In this document: positions 14,013 to 25,532 of the stretch, piece by piece
Position numbering within the stretch: the first letter of the stretch is position 1
How the letters are laid out: each line of letters begins with the position of its first letter
NCBI RefSeq assembly: GCF_009914755.1
Contig: NC_060939.1
Length of the DNA: 64,000 bases
Source of the DNA: the human T2T-CHM13v2.0 reference genome, Homo sapiens
Reading direction: 5' to 3' (one strand)
Translations under genes and position numbers: made by a program
Notes under the pieces: model-generated
The model's database searches: none
What the model saw: the letters and a program-made list of their open reading frames with translations, nothing else
What the model was told of the DNA's origin: nothing

Positions 14013-15910
14013 GTAATTCAGCCATAATATTTGCTGTTAACAATTAGAAGAGCATGAGCATTCACTTCTCCACTTCAGACGCAGCATCTCACAGATACCA
14101 TTCCACTGGCCTCTGATGTCACTCACTTCTTCATATAAGACGCATTATTATAATACATGGTCATAGGAGTCTTTGTGGTCCTCGCAGTGTTAAGATTCAT
14201 CATAGCATTTTCTCAAAAAAGAAGTTTGTTCTATTTTCCAGGCAGTCTTTGATTTTTGCTTGATTTCTTTTGTGTATTTGTTTCTCTTTTACTTACATGT
14301 AATCTCCTTCTGTTTTTATCTGCACCAGAAAATGGGCACAAGGACACTGAGATTCCAAATTATGTTTGACTTCTGACTGCTTTGGTACTTAGTTCTAAAT
14401 ATGGATATGTCTGATACTTTGGCACTTTACATGTGATATAAACATGGAGCTACATTATGAAGTTTAAACTCACAGGTCGCCTTTTCAGTTAGCCCCTTCA
14501 GTTTTTCGTGTGGCCACTTGTTGCTGAGGATCCCTGGCATTTCTTCTGTTAGGATGAGGTGGGGCATGTCCTGATCAACCATAGCAAAGAAGAAAGGAAC
14601 TGGGAAAGCTTGGTCTGAGGATATCCCAGCCACCTGGAGCAGCCTGGCAAAAGGACACCCAGGAGCAGACATCCATTTGGCAAGTGGTCAGTCAGTCAAT
14701 AGCAGGCTTCAATCCCCAGTTTGAGGTTCAGGGACAGAATGCCAGATCTTGGATGGAGGAACTGGGCAAGGCGTTCCACCAGGTACAGTGCTGGCCTCAA
14801 GGAGGACTCAGATAGTGGGCAAGATAGAAGCTAAAGGTTAGAACGGGAAGGGGCAAATAAAGGTTAGCCTCCAATTCCTTGTCCAGACAGGCTTTGCCAA
14901 GACCCTGAGGCGTAGGAAAGGTGCAGTGTGTGGCATCAGGAAGCTGGCTGGACACGTGACAGTGCTTACCTGGGGGGTGCACAGGGTGAGGCCAAGGGAC
15001 AGACAGGCAAATAGGGATTTGGGGAAGAGTGGAAGCAGCAATCAGAAGGCACCTAGGAAAAGCACATTGGGTCCACAACCAAACAATATAGAGACCAAAG
15101 GAAAACAGGCAAAATGAGAGGTCTGAAGAAAATGGACAGGGCAGCCTACGTCCAAGAAGCAGCAACTGTGGGCAAGAGCCTAGGTAGGAGCTAGGCTATT
15201 TAAAGTGGAGAGTTAGAGCAAGACCACAGCCAGGGCACCTTTTTGCCAAATCCAAGAAAGTTCAAATAGCCCTCTTCCCAGTGACCAGGAGAGCCTGCAG
15301 TTGGGAGAGTGAAAGGTGGAAGAAGAGGGTTGCAGGAACTGGGAAACGGCAGTCTCGGCAACTTCTTCGGTTCTAAACATCAGGTTAAAAGAACATTAAT
15401 CTCTGAGTTTGCTTGCCAAGTGAATCACACCTTCCTGTAGGTTGATACTTAGAAGTTTTTATTTAGAAGAGTTTCAGAAACTTTGAACTATTTGCAGCTC
15501 CTTCCAGACTTCATCCCATAATCAGAATTAAAAGATTGTGATTGTGTTAACCTGAAGAGTTAGTTAAAGCCAGTTGGTGACAGAGTTGCAAGTGCCGTGG
15601 ATAAACGGCCATGAAAATAGTCAAAGTGCACTGTTTCACGGGTCTCTTCTGGAATTTCTATCCCATAGAAATTCGAAGGTTCTAACACTCGAGTACCCAA
15701 CTATCAGACATATATGTATTTAAATGTAAATTCCACCAGACACTGGATGAATTTATCATTTCCATTGATTGTCATGGTTAAGTATTAAAATTTAAGATAA
15801 CTGTATCCTCAAGTGTGTGAGATTGTCATCTTATGTGATTAATGTTGTTTATCTGGAATTTAAGGAATATCCCTTCAATTTGTCTTTTTGTTCCTTTCTT
15901 TCTTACCTAG

Positions 15911-15945
15911 TTCGTAAGAAGAGAGTTGAAGCAGACCGAAGGTAA
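15911..15945 (+). CDS. TMOD2: Tropomodulin-2 last exon, coding part (V)RKKRVEADRR*
   Basis: Long pyrimidine tract + CCTAG acceptor; phase-1 join gives GTT (Val); TAA at 15943-15945; C-terminus matches recalled TMOD2. Confidence 0.96.
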
Positions 15946-16045
15946 ACTTCCTTGAGGAGAAGTGAAGTTTCACTGTGGTATGGCCATTGAAAAACAAAAA
16001 CTCTTCTTCTTCCCCATCAGGACCATTTTATCAAAGTTCGTTCAT

Positions 16046-16053
16046 TTCCGTTA
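16046..16053 (+). promoter_or_regulatory. miR-191-5p 8mer site (TTCCGTTA)
   Basis: Complement of seed AACGGAA plus A1; second 7mer-m8 site TTCCGTT at 22279-22285. Confidence 0.7.
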
Positions 16054-17670
16054 ACCACATAACTAATAATTTAATTGTTATTCTTTTTTAGCACTACTTA
16101 TTTATCTTGGATTTTGTAATATATGCAATTGTTTTATTTGCTCATGGGCACTTCTGGCAACTTGACAAATGGACCGATGCAGATTTTAGAGAGTGACGAC
16201 ATGGAAAATGAATTTAACCACTTTCTTATTGGGTTGTCTTGCTTTCTTACATGAACTTGTTTTTTTAATCACTGAAAGGAATTTAGTGTATAATATGTGT
16301 TTGTAACTGTGATTATGATAGAGGCCTATCTCTGTTTACATGCATAGCTTTGAGTTAGGCTAAATACATCAGAAGTGTTCTACTGACCACATAAGAAGTT
16401 AGTATTGCCAATCTTTCACTGCATGTGAAAATGTGACCAATTTAGCACAAATTCTCTCTTAGTTCCAGAAAAATCAGTAAATGCACATGCCCTGTTGATT
16501 GGAGATCAGTAGTGTCATCTTCATAAAGCAAGACAACATTATGACACTTTAAAACAGTAGCAAAGAAGTCTATTTATTAACCCACAAATGTAGCATCAAG
16601 CCAGACTCACAGGTAGCAAAATGAATTACACACCTACTTTTACTGACTATTCAACATAAATTGAATCTTTAACATGACCTTAAAGGCTATTTACAAAGCT
16701 GTTTTAAAGTTTTTCAAACATGATAGAAATTTTCTAAATTTTAGTAAGAGAGAAGCTTTTAAAACAGTACATTCCTGAATAAAACAACAATATTGTATCT
16801 TAATCAAGGCTGTCTGATGCAGATGATTGCATTTTTTGGCAAATTTTAGAAGCATTTATTGCTTTGTCTTTAGTGTAACAAGATCACAGGATTAAATATA
16901 AACATTCAGGTTAATTATCTAGATTTTTGTCCACAGTATATGATCCATCCAGACATTTGCAAACGTCAGGAGAAAAATGTGAATTATTTATCCAGATGCA
17001 TGTCATCTCAAGGACAAAGCCTGTGAAAGTACAAGTGAGATGGTTGCATTGTAGTATGCATTAATCTTTCAATGTAGTGGTGTAAAAATGCAGTGCTAAA
17101 CTAATGAAGCAGGTGACTGCAGCCTTTGGCTCAAGCTCACAACTCTGATAACTGTCAGTGCCTGAGGTTGTGATTGGTGACATTCTGACACTGCCCAAGG
17201 CAACTCACCCTCTATTCCTCCTTTCTCCCCTCCCTTTCTTCCAATTCATTGTCTTTTTTTTCCTCTTTTCTCTGTAATTTGTTACTAAACAAATTCCAGA
17301 ATTTGTTTAGTAGCTGAGTGTTCCTGAGTTGCCTAGTAGCAATAAAACAAGTGAATAGGAAAATAATTAATATATTATTCTATTTAGCTTGTAAAACACA
17401 TGGAATCTGTTTAAGATAGCCCTTGTAAAATTGAACATTTACCTGTATTGTAAGTACCCACATCTGTGTCTCTGAAGTCCTTTGAAACATCTCATTATCT
17501 TGAAATTTTTTTAATGTTTGAGAACACCATAAGCAGAATATTCTAACACCTTTGGCCCCTGAAAATCCTTTAATTAGTTTATGGCTTCATCTCCTTATCT
17601 ATTTAAAAAACATAGTAAATAATGTTTTATGGTTTTCAGTCTGATTTTTCCTTCCCTTTCACCCATTTAG

Positions 17671-18087
17671 GTGTGATGTGTTGGAGTCAACTTGTACAGG
17701 CTTGCCAACTGTTATATTTTCAAGAATTTTGCAAACTGGTTGTTCAATACAGCCATTATTTAAAATTAAATGATGTGCACTTACAACTGAATGAATTATA
17801 TTAAGGACAGAAGTAACAAATACTGTACTCAAAAATCTTACATTTTACTATTTTCTAACCTCTTAGATTATTTACATCTAGTAGGTATGTATGTAGAAAT
17901 ATTACCAAACAGTATGCTACTGAACGTATCCTCTCAACTCCATGTTCACTACCTTCTTGTTACTACAGTGGCTTGAAATTGGCCATGGTAGAAATATTTA
18001 CACCACAGAAATTAGCAATATGTAAGAAATTGGGGTTTTCTCCCTCTCCAGATTGCTGGTTGATAAACATTCATCAGCACACCACTG
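17671..18087. mobile_element. MER63-like (hAT-Blackjack) element within TMOD2 3'UTR
   Basis: AAGAATTTTGCAAACTGGTTGTTCAATACAGCCATTATT...GGCTTGAAATTGGCCATGGT...CAGCACACCACTG resembles recalled MER63 consensus. Confidence 0.7.
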
Positions 18088-18619
18088 GGTGAAATTATAC
18101 ATTTTTTTATACATATGTTTCGCTTATCATGTTGCCGAAGGGAAGAACATTTCTCTTAGATGTCTTTTCTCCTCTTTGGATTTGTTACAAACCTGTTTAA
18201 GTGCTGAGTCCCTGACCTGCCTCTCCAAGTAAGCCTTTTTCCTTTTTTTTTTTTTTTTCTTACTCTCATTCTTGCCTTGACTCTTAAAATCCTGGACCCT
18301 ATAGAGCATTCCTTGCAGCCCCACAGTGCTGTGGGCTGGGGGCTAAAGCAGTTCTTGGCAAACTCTGGCAGAAAGCAAGAAAAAAAAAATCAGAATTCAA
18401 TCATGGCTGTTTCTTTTGTACAAGCAGTTGTTGATAGTATTAAAGCAAGATAATGGGACATTATCAAAAATATAGCACTGTTTTTACCTTATGAAATAGT
18501 TGGGTTGCATGCAACAGAGTCTATGAAATCAAATGTTTTTTACTAATCAGTTTGTTTTCTTATTACCTGTGTTTTTAAAGTGGCTTGAAAGGTGGCATTT
18601 CCATGAGTGTGCACATATT

Positions 18620-19720
18620 GATGATAACCCTTAGAAAAACATACACTTGAGGAGCCTATCCATCATTTAATTAGCCTAGGACTTCATCTCCCTCTCTGCC
18701 CAAAGTGTGGAAGTGGTAGCTCTTTCATGATCATGGGCACAGTTAATCCTTTGCTATCCATTGTGATGGGGCATAATGTATATAAAATATTTTTCTATGT
18801 ATTTGTTCTGCCAGATACTGTGTTGAGATATTTGGCAATATCTGGATAACTGACTGAAGGGAGATAACTTCTCCCCAGGCCTATCTCCCTCCCCCTTTTA
18901 GAGTTGTGCAGGTCCACTTTAAGTGTAAAATCACTCACCTGGACTTGTGGGCTTGTATCACCAACATCTATTATGGCACATGTAGATGACATTTAGGAGA
19001 AAAACCTTAGAAGTCTAGAAATCATATGATTAGTTCAGCACTGCAGCTCCCCATCTGCTTATAGTGTATAACTGGAAGCTCTTTCATCCTCATCAGCATG
19101 ATTAAATGACTTAGTTTCTTTCATCTTTGGAGGGTATAATGTAAATAAGTGTCGTGTGTGTATGTGTGTGTGTACTGTCAGATATCTAACTAGGTATTTG
19201 GCTACATCTGGACAACTGATTGAAGGGAGATGCTCTCTCCCCAGTCCTCTTCCCTTGTCCTTTTTAGAATTGCTGCAGGCCCAGGTTAAATATGAAATTA
19301 CTCCCTAGGCTTTGCAGTTTATGTTACCAACCACCACATTTTATAGCTATGTAGAGGATGACTCTTAGGAAATAAATATTAGAAGCCTAGAAATCATTTA
19401 GTTGTTCTAGCACCAAATCTATCCATTTGCCTAATGTATTTAACATTCCATCCTCATCAACATGATGAAGCCCCTTTCTTCCATCTTTGTAGGGCACATT
19501 GTATATAAATATTTTGTACATAAAGATCATCAAATACCATAATGGGGTATTTGGCTTCATCTGGAAAATTGACTGGAGGGAGATGCTGTCTCCCAGCCCT
19601 GCTTCCCTCGTCCCTGTCCAAGTTGCTGCAGGCCCAGGTTAGAAGATTACCAACCTGGAGGGGCATGCAGTTCATCTTACAATAAAAGCCCATTCATTTA
19701 AAAACTCAGAAATCATCCCA
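18620..19720 (+). repeat. Diverged ~360-nt tandem triplication with one PRE and two hairpins per unit
   Basis: Anchor TATTTGGC..ATCTGGA.AA.TGA.TG.AGGGAGAT at 18829, 19195, 19548; TGCAGG(T/C)CCA at 18907, 19274, 19627; TGTANATA at 18777, 19140, 19500. Confidence 0.9.
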
Positions 19721-21115
19721 GTGCCTGTACTCCTCAAACCAATTTCCCTAAGGGAAGACTGGCACACCAGCCCAAAGAGCAGGTGCTTCTCTTCCAACAG
19801 AAACATGGCCCCTGACAGGGCACCAGCATTAGGGAAACCAATGTCCTCCGAATAGCTGCCATGAGAACATTTCAGATGCTCAAACTGAAAATTCTTAAAA
19901 CCAATATTAAGCATCAGCATGCTTTAAGTGTAAGATAGCCCTTTGGAATTTACAAACACATGTGCAGCTATTTCCTTCTTCACAGATATGATGTACTCAG
20001 CCCCCTCCTAGGCACTACGAAGAAGACAGAGGAAGCATAAAAATTCTGGACTAATATAATTTTATATGTGTTTCTGAGATTGGGGAGTAGACTGAGTGCC
20101 TTTTTTACAAAGAAGATCCCATATTTAATTCAAGTATTTATAGCATCAGCAAAAATGGGCAGAGGGCGGGAAGTTGAGAACACTAGGTTCTGTGCTATGT
20201 TACCTGTATTCAGTAGAAGTGTTTCTGGAGTCAGGTTTTAAGTCATGATCCTGAAGCTTCCTTCCCCTCTTCCACTAATGATGCAATAATAGCTGTTTTC
20301 ATTTTAACGAGCAGAGAACTAAGAGGAAAGGTCCTAGCTCTGCCTTCCACTTGCAGCTTCCCTTTACCTCCTCTTATTGCTTTCATCTCAAATATCCCTG
20401 CTACTCAACCAATCCTAAAGCTAAAGTACTGAGATGCACACAAAGGAAAGGTGTGAGAGTGCTTGGAAGCATCCAGCTGAGCCCACTGGATGAAAATCAG
20501 ACGATAGGGCCTCCTGTTGTAATATACTAGCCAGAGAAAAGCGCCAAGAACTTCAGGGATATTATTCACTGCTTTCTTGCTCCCTAACCCTAGATCAGAT
20601 TGGATTTTACTTTGTAGTTCAGGAGTTAAGAAGTCAAATTGCTGACCGAGGTGGGGAAGGATGATGGAAATTAAAGGTTTACATTTGTTTAATGGCAGAA
20701 CTGAGATTTGCTCAGCTTATCTCTTTCCCATCTGTCTGTAATAGCAATGACTGAATAATCAGTAGACCAATGGAAGAGGAGTTGCAAGTTTAAATTTGTA
20801 ACCTGACTCTGGGTTCTGTTCTAGGAATAGTGCATGTTTTAGAGGCTTTGCCAGTTGGGATACATTGTTGACTTGGGGGAGGATGAAGGAGAGAACTGAT
20901 GACCTAGACATAGAAAAGAGTAGTTAACTAACTAGATGTTCTTCTGATCTCTTCCATGGTAGACATTCTGAGCACATTGGCCCAGTTAGTTGGTATGGTG
21001 AAGGGGCACCGTACTAACAGATTTGGAGACTGAAACCTAATCCCATCACCAACACTTAGCAGGTATATGATCATGGGCAATTCATTCAATTGCCTGCCAA
21101 TTATAGACTATATAG

Positions 21116-21350
21116 GGGGAAGAGCACTGGATTTGGAGTCAAGAAACCTGGACACTTGGCTCCACACTTCCTTAGCTGGGTAACTTTGGGCAAACCGCTT
21201 GGTCTCTCAAGCCTAAGGTTCTTCAGCTATAAAATGGGAATAATACTTCACTAACTACCTCACAGAGTTGTGGTAAGAATATAATCAGATAACTGGATAA
21301 AAACACTATATAAACTGGAAAGCGCCGTACAAATGTGAGAGATCAGTTTT
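21116..21350 (+). mobile_element. MIR in TMOD2 3'UTR
   Basis: AAGAGCACTGGATTTGGAGTCAAGAAACCTGG...TTCAGCTATAAAATGGGAATAATA...CCTCACAGAGTTGTGGTAAG. Confidence 0.8.
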
Positions 21351-21954
21351 ATTATCAAATCACTGTTTTCCACTGCCTCTTGAATCGGCTTTATTCTAAC
21401 CAACCATTACATCTTTCTCATCTTTTGGAGTATGGGTAATTGAGGCTTGGGTGTGTCATCAGGGACTGGAGTTATTTCAGCTCCCATGTAGAGGTGGGAG
21501 AGGTGGTTGATGGGGCAGTGGAAGTTAGATACCAGCGATGTATATGGTAGGACATTTTCCTGGGTCACTTTGACAGTACCTTGGGAAATTGTCAATCCTT
21601 GCAGAGGGCCTAGGCTGGGCACAAGGGAGAAAGCGAACAGTTGACTAAGAATTGAGGGGAGGGTCTGGAGCGCTACTGCCCTCCTGTCATTGCTGTGGGT
21701 GGGAGAGGCTAAGACTTCAGGTTTGACTGGAGGCCTAGGAGAGAAGAGTGTCCTTAGGGTTTCAAGAATTTTAATGCCTAGCAGCTGAGTAACAGGCATT
21801 AGTTCTGATAGATAGTGAAGGGGAGAAAGTGCCACCTGTTGTGAGATCACCTCTCCAGGGCAGCAGCTGCCTTGTTATCACCAGCAACCTTAGCCCTGGT
21901 CAGTAATATTTCTGCTAAGAAAGGTTTTGAAGCATGGCCTCCAATGACTTTCAT

Positions 21955-22270
21955 AAGCCCTTGGAGGCAGGACTGTGTCTCATCCATCTTTGTATCTTCA
22001 GTACCATCTTGTAAGGTGCCTTGTACATAGTAGGTGCTTAATGAACAAATGTTGCTTGAATTTAGCTGTCGTCCAGCCCCACAGAGTTATGCTCCATTTG
22101 CCACCATGTGATATTTTTGAGAAACAATAGTGATTTGGATGCCAGCTCTATGTGACTTTGGGCAAGACTCTCCATCTATCTTGTCTTCATTTCATCTGTA
22201 AAATGAAGTGAGTAGATTCAATGCTCCCTAAGGTCCCTTCCAGCTCCAATACTTGACAAGCTTGTGATTC
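21955..22270 (+). mobile_element. L2 3'-end fragment and MIR fragment
   Basis: GTGCCTTGTACATAGTAGGTGCTTAATGAACAAATGTTG (L2 end); TGTGACTTTGGGCAAG...TCATCTGTAAAATG...CTAAGGTCCCTTCCAGCTC (MIR). Confidence 0.7.
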
Positions 22271-22466
22271 TAAATCGTTTCCGTTGCCTCTGAACATGGG
22301 TGAGTAATGCCTCCACTGCAGCTGTTTCTCTCCAGGAGGCTTTGTTCGGAGGAGGTCTGACTATTGCACAGCCAGTTTTTTCTTCCTCTTCAGCAGTTCT
22401 TTACTGTCTTCAGAATAGTTCTGGATAAGCGGCCTTTTCTGAAAGGATATTTAAAAATATATACTA

Positions 22467-23109
<643 letters not shown>

Positions 23110-23829
23110 TCAGTTAAGAAGTAAGTTATTCTGACCTAAAATTCTTATCTCTGCCACTTTGGTTTAAAAACAAAAACCCTTATATACATGGAATAGTTAT
23201 ATTTTAATTAAGCATTTATTTTAGTTGTTTTCATCCATTCAAGCAAAATGAATAAGCAGCATTTTTCATTGCACTTAAAAATGTAAAATACCTGCATGCC
23301 ACTAATCTGTAACATTTTACCAGTTCAGATGCCTGTAATGTGTGACTTTATGTGTGTCTGTGTTGTTTTGAAGAGAATAAAGGAAATAATACTTTGCAAA
23401 CTGTTTAAACAAGTGTTTAAACTTCTATTGGCAACATTTATTGGGCTAAGCAGTTATTGAAAACTCCGCATAGTTTTATTTTCCATTTGAAACTTCAATC
23501 AAATCAAGACTATTATATTCATTAGGGAATTAAAGACTAATTTGCTTTTTAAATGTGAAGTTGAACACTGTGTGGAAAGTAAATGTGTGATGAAGCAAAA
23601 TGTATAAAGTATGAAATATTATACTTTTACCCTGGATAATTATTCAGGACCCCAGTTGGCCCAAATAGGTGCAATTTTTAATCCTTTGAAATTAGCCAGC
23701 CAGACCTAATGCTAAGGTAAATGTAAACTGTTTTAATTAATTAAGATCTTTCTGCTTTCGAAGGTATAATGTATCTATTTCTGTCAGGAATGATATTTCC
23801 AAATGAAAATGTAAAGAACATTGGGAAAT

Positions 23830-23835
23830 AATAAA
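23830..23835 (+). terminator. TMOD2: TMOD2 distal polyadenylation signal AATAAA
   Basis: AATAAA with upstream TGTA elements and downstream T-rich tract (GGTTTTTATATGG...GTGTTTCTTT). Confidence 0.75.
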
Positions 23836-24454
23836 CTTTCCTTTCAAAGTAAAAGTAAAGACTGGTTTTATATGGCTAATTTTTAGACAGTGTTTCTTTA
23901 AAACAAATGGTTGGCATCATGTTCTTAGATGAGCACATTTGCAGAAAACTATTAAATGCCCTTATGATGAAGAAACAAGACAACTGCAAGTAGCCATAAC
24001 AGAGAGAAATAACTTGTTATCAAACAAAAATGAACACATTTGGCTAAATAGTTAAAAATTTGTTAGAATGAATGGGAACAGGAGTACAGAAAGCCCAAAC
24101 AGGTTGACTATTTTACCCTGAATTTTTTACACTAATTTTGGATTTACATTATTATTCTCTTTAAAGCTCTTCTGATAATTTGTAATACTGAACACTAAAA
24201 ATGATGAAGTTATGTTGTAAAGGTTTGACCCTGGAAAAACAGGAAAAACTGTTCTTCCTGCCCTTCTGCTGAACTCTGTCCCAACTCTTTGACCCTTGGA
24301 TTTCAGTTTAGACTGATAAGGTTCAACTGAGAAACATAAAGGGCCAGTGTCTAATTTCTATATTTGCTGTTTCACACCTTCTCTTGGACAAGAAAGTATA
24401 GTAATTATTTTGTTTAAAAGATTCTCCCTTTCAGCCTATTGGATTATAATGAAT

Positions 24455-24655
24455 AGAGTGGTTACAAGTGTGCACCCTGGGGTCACACCTGCCTGGTTCA
24501 GATCTCACTTCCATTAGTTACACGAATTTGTGCAAATTACCAAGCCCCAGCTTCATCTGTAAAGTAGTAACAATTATAGCATTTTTCACGGTAGTACTAT
24601 TATGCAGATTAATGTGTAAAAACATTTAGAACAGTGTCCGATATAGAAGGCACTT
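24455..24655 (+). mobile_element. MIR
   Basis: AGAGTGGTTACAAGTGTG...CTGGTTCAGATCTC...TTCATCTGTAAAGT...AAAACATTTAGAACAGTG. Confidence 0.7.
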
Positions 24656-24691
24656 AGAATTTTTAAATTCTAACCTAAATAAATATCTATG

Positions 24692-25532
24692 TGAAACAGG
24701 AAATGTTCCCTTGTCCCCCTTGCAGGGCATGCGACAGGGCGAGTTGCTCGCTTCTTCAGTGCCCCGCTGCTCAAATGTCTAGGGGAGCATACAGACAGGC
24801 AGGCTGTGGAGCTCTGACCCCACGGCAGCGTCTAGGGGTGAATGTTTACAGCTGAAGCCCCAGTGGGCGTGTTGCAGGGTGCTTTCTTAGTTTGCCGTCT
24901 ATAGGCGGCTTGTGTTAACCACTCAATTAGAACTTATTACCTTGCCTCAAGGACAGAGGGCTTTCTGTATCCTGGGTTCTTGCCTTGGTGTGCCGGAAGA
25001 ATTGGATCACAAGTGGGCTTGGAGAATGAGTGCAAACTTTTATTAAGTGGAAGTAGCTCTCCACAGATGGGTGAGCCAGAGGGAGATGGTTTTCCCTTGG
25101 AGTTCTGGCCGCTCGGCCGGCTCTCCTCCGACTGCCCTGGCCAAACTCCACCTCATCCCACTGGTGGATGGCCGCATGGCCTGCCTGATGCATGTCAGTG
25201 TATTCTTCCACCGATGTGCTCTCCTCAGTGGCCTATCTACAGCCCAGCCACTTGTATCTTCTTCCACCAACCCTCTCCTAAGTCCAGCCACCGTGTCTCA
25301 GCCTTGCCAGTGTCTCAGGTTTTTATAGGCCCAGGATGGGGGCGTGGCGGGCCAGGGTGGTCTTGGGAAATGCAACATTTGGGCGGGAAGGCAGGAGTGC
25401 CTGTCCTCACCTAGGTCCGTGGGGGTGGACCCCTAGCCAGAGACCACACCGACCTCTGCCCAGCGCTTCCCTAACCCCGTTCCGTATCATTTAAAGGGAC
25501 TACACTCTTCCCTTCCCAGCACTCCTGTATCA
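24692..25532 (-). mobile_element. ERV1 solo LTR (LTR1-like), antisense to TMOD2/TMOD3
   Basis: TG...CA termini, 841 bp, 4-bp TSD TATG/CATG; minus strand starts TGATACAGGAGTGCTGGGAAGGGAAGAG; TATAAAA (plus 25321-25327) and AATAAA (plus 25039-25044) on minus strand; subfamily from recall. Confidence 0.85.

Noticed and set aside
14012-14047. Read-through of the penultimate exon giving alternative C-terminus [11 protein letters not shown]
   Set aside because: No nearby canonical poly(A) signal seen and the donor looks functional
21407-21850. 147-aa minus-strand ORF antisense to TMOD2 3'UTR
   Set aside because: No recognisable homology, non-ATG start, no supporting gene structure
20096-22022. Two miR-124 7mer sites (GTGCCTT at 20096 and 22016)
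   Set aside because: Near chance expectation in a 7.9 kb UTR, and one lies in an L2 remnant; conservation cannot be assessed here
24724-24746. Possible p53 element in the LTR (GGGCATGCGA..GGGCGAGTTG)
   Set aside because: Each half-site has two mismatches to RRRCWWGYYY
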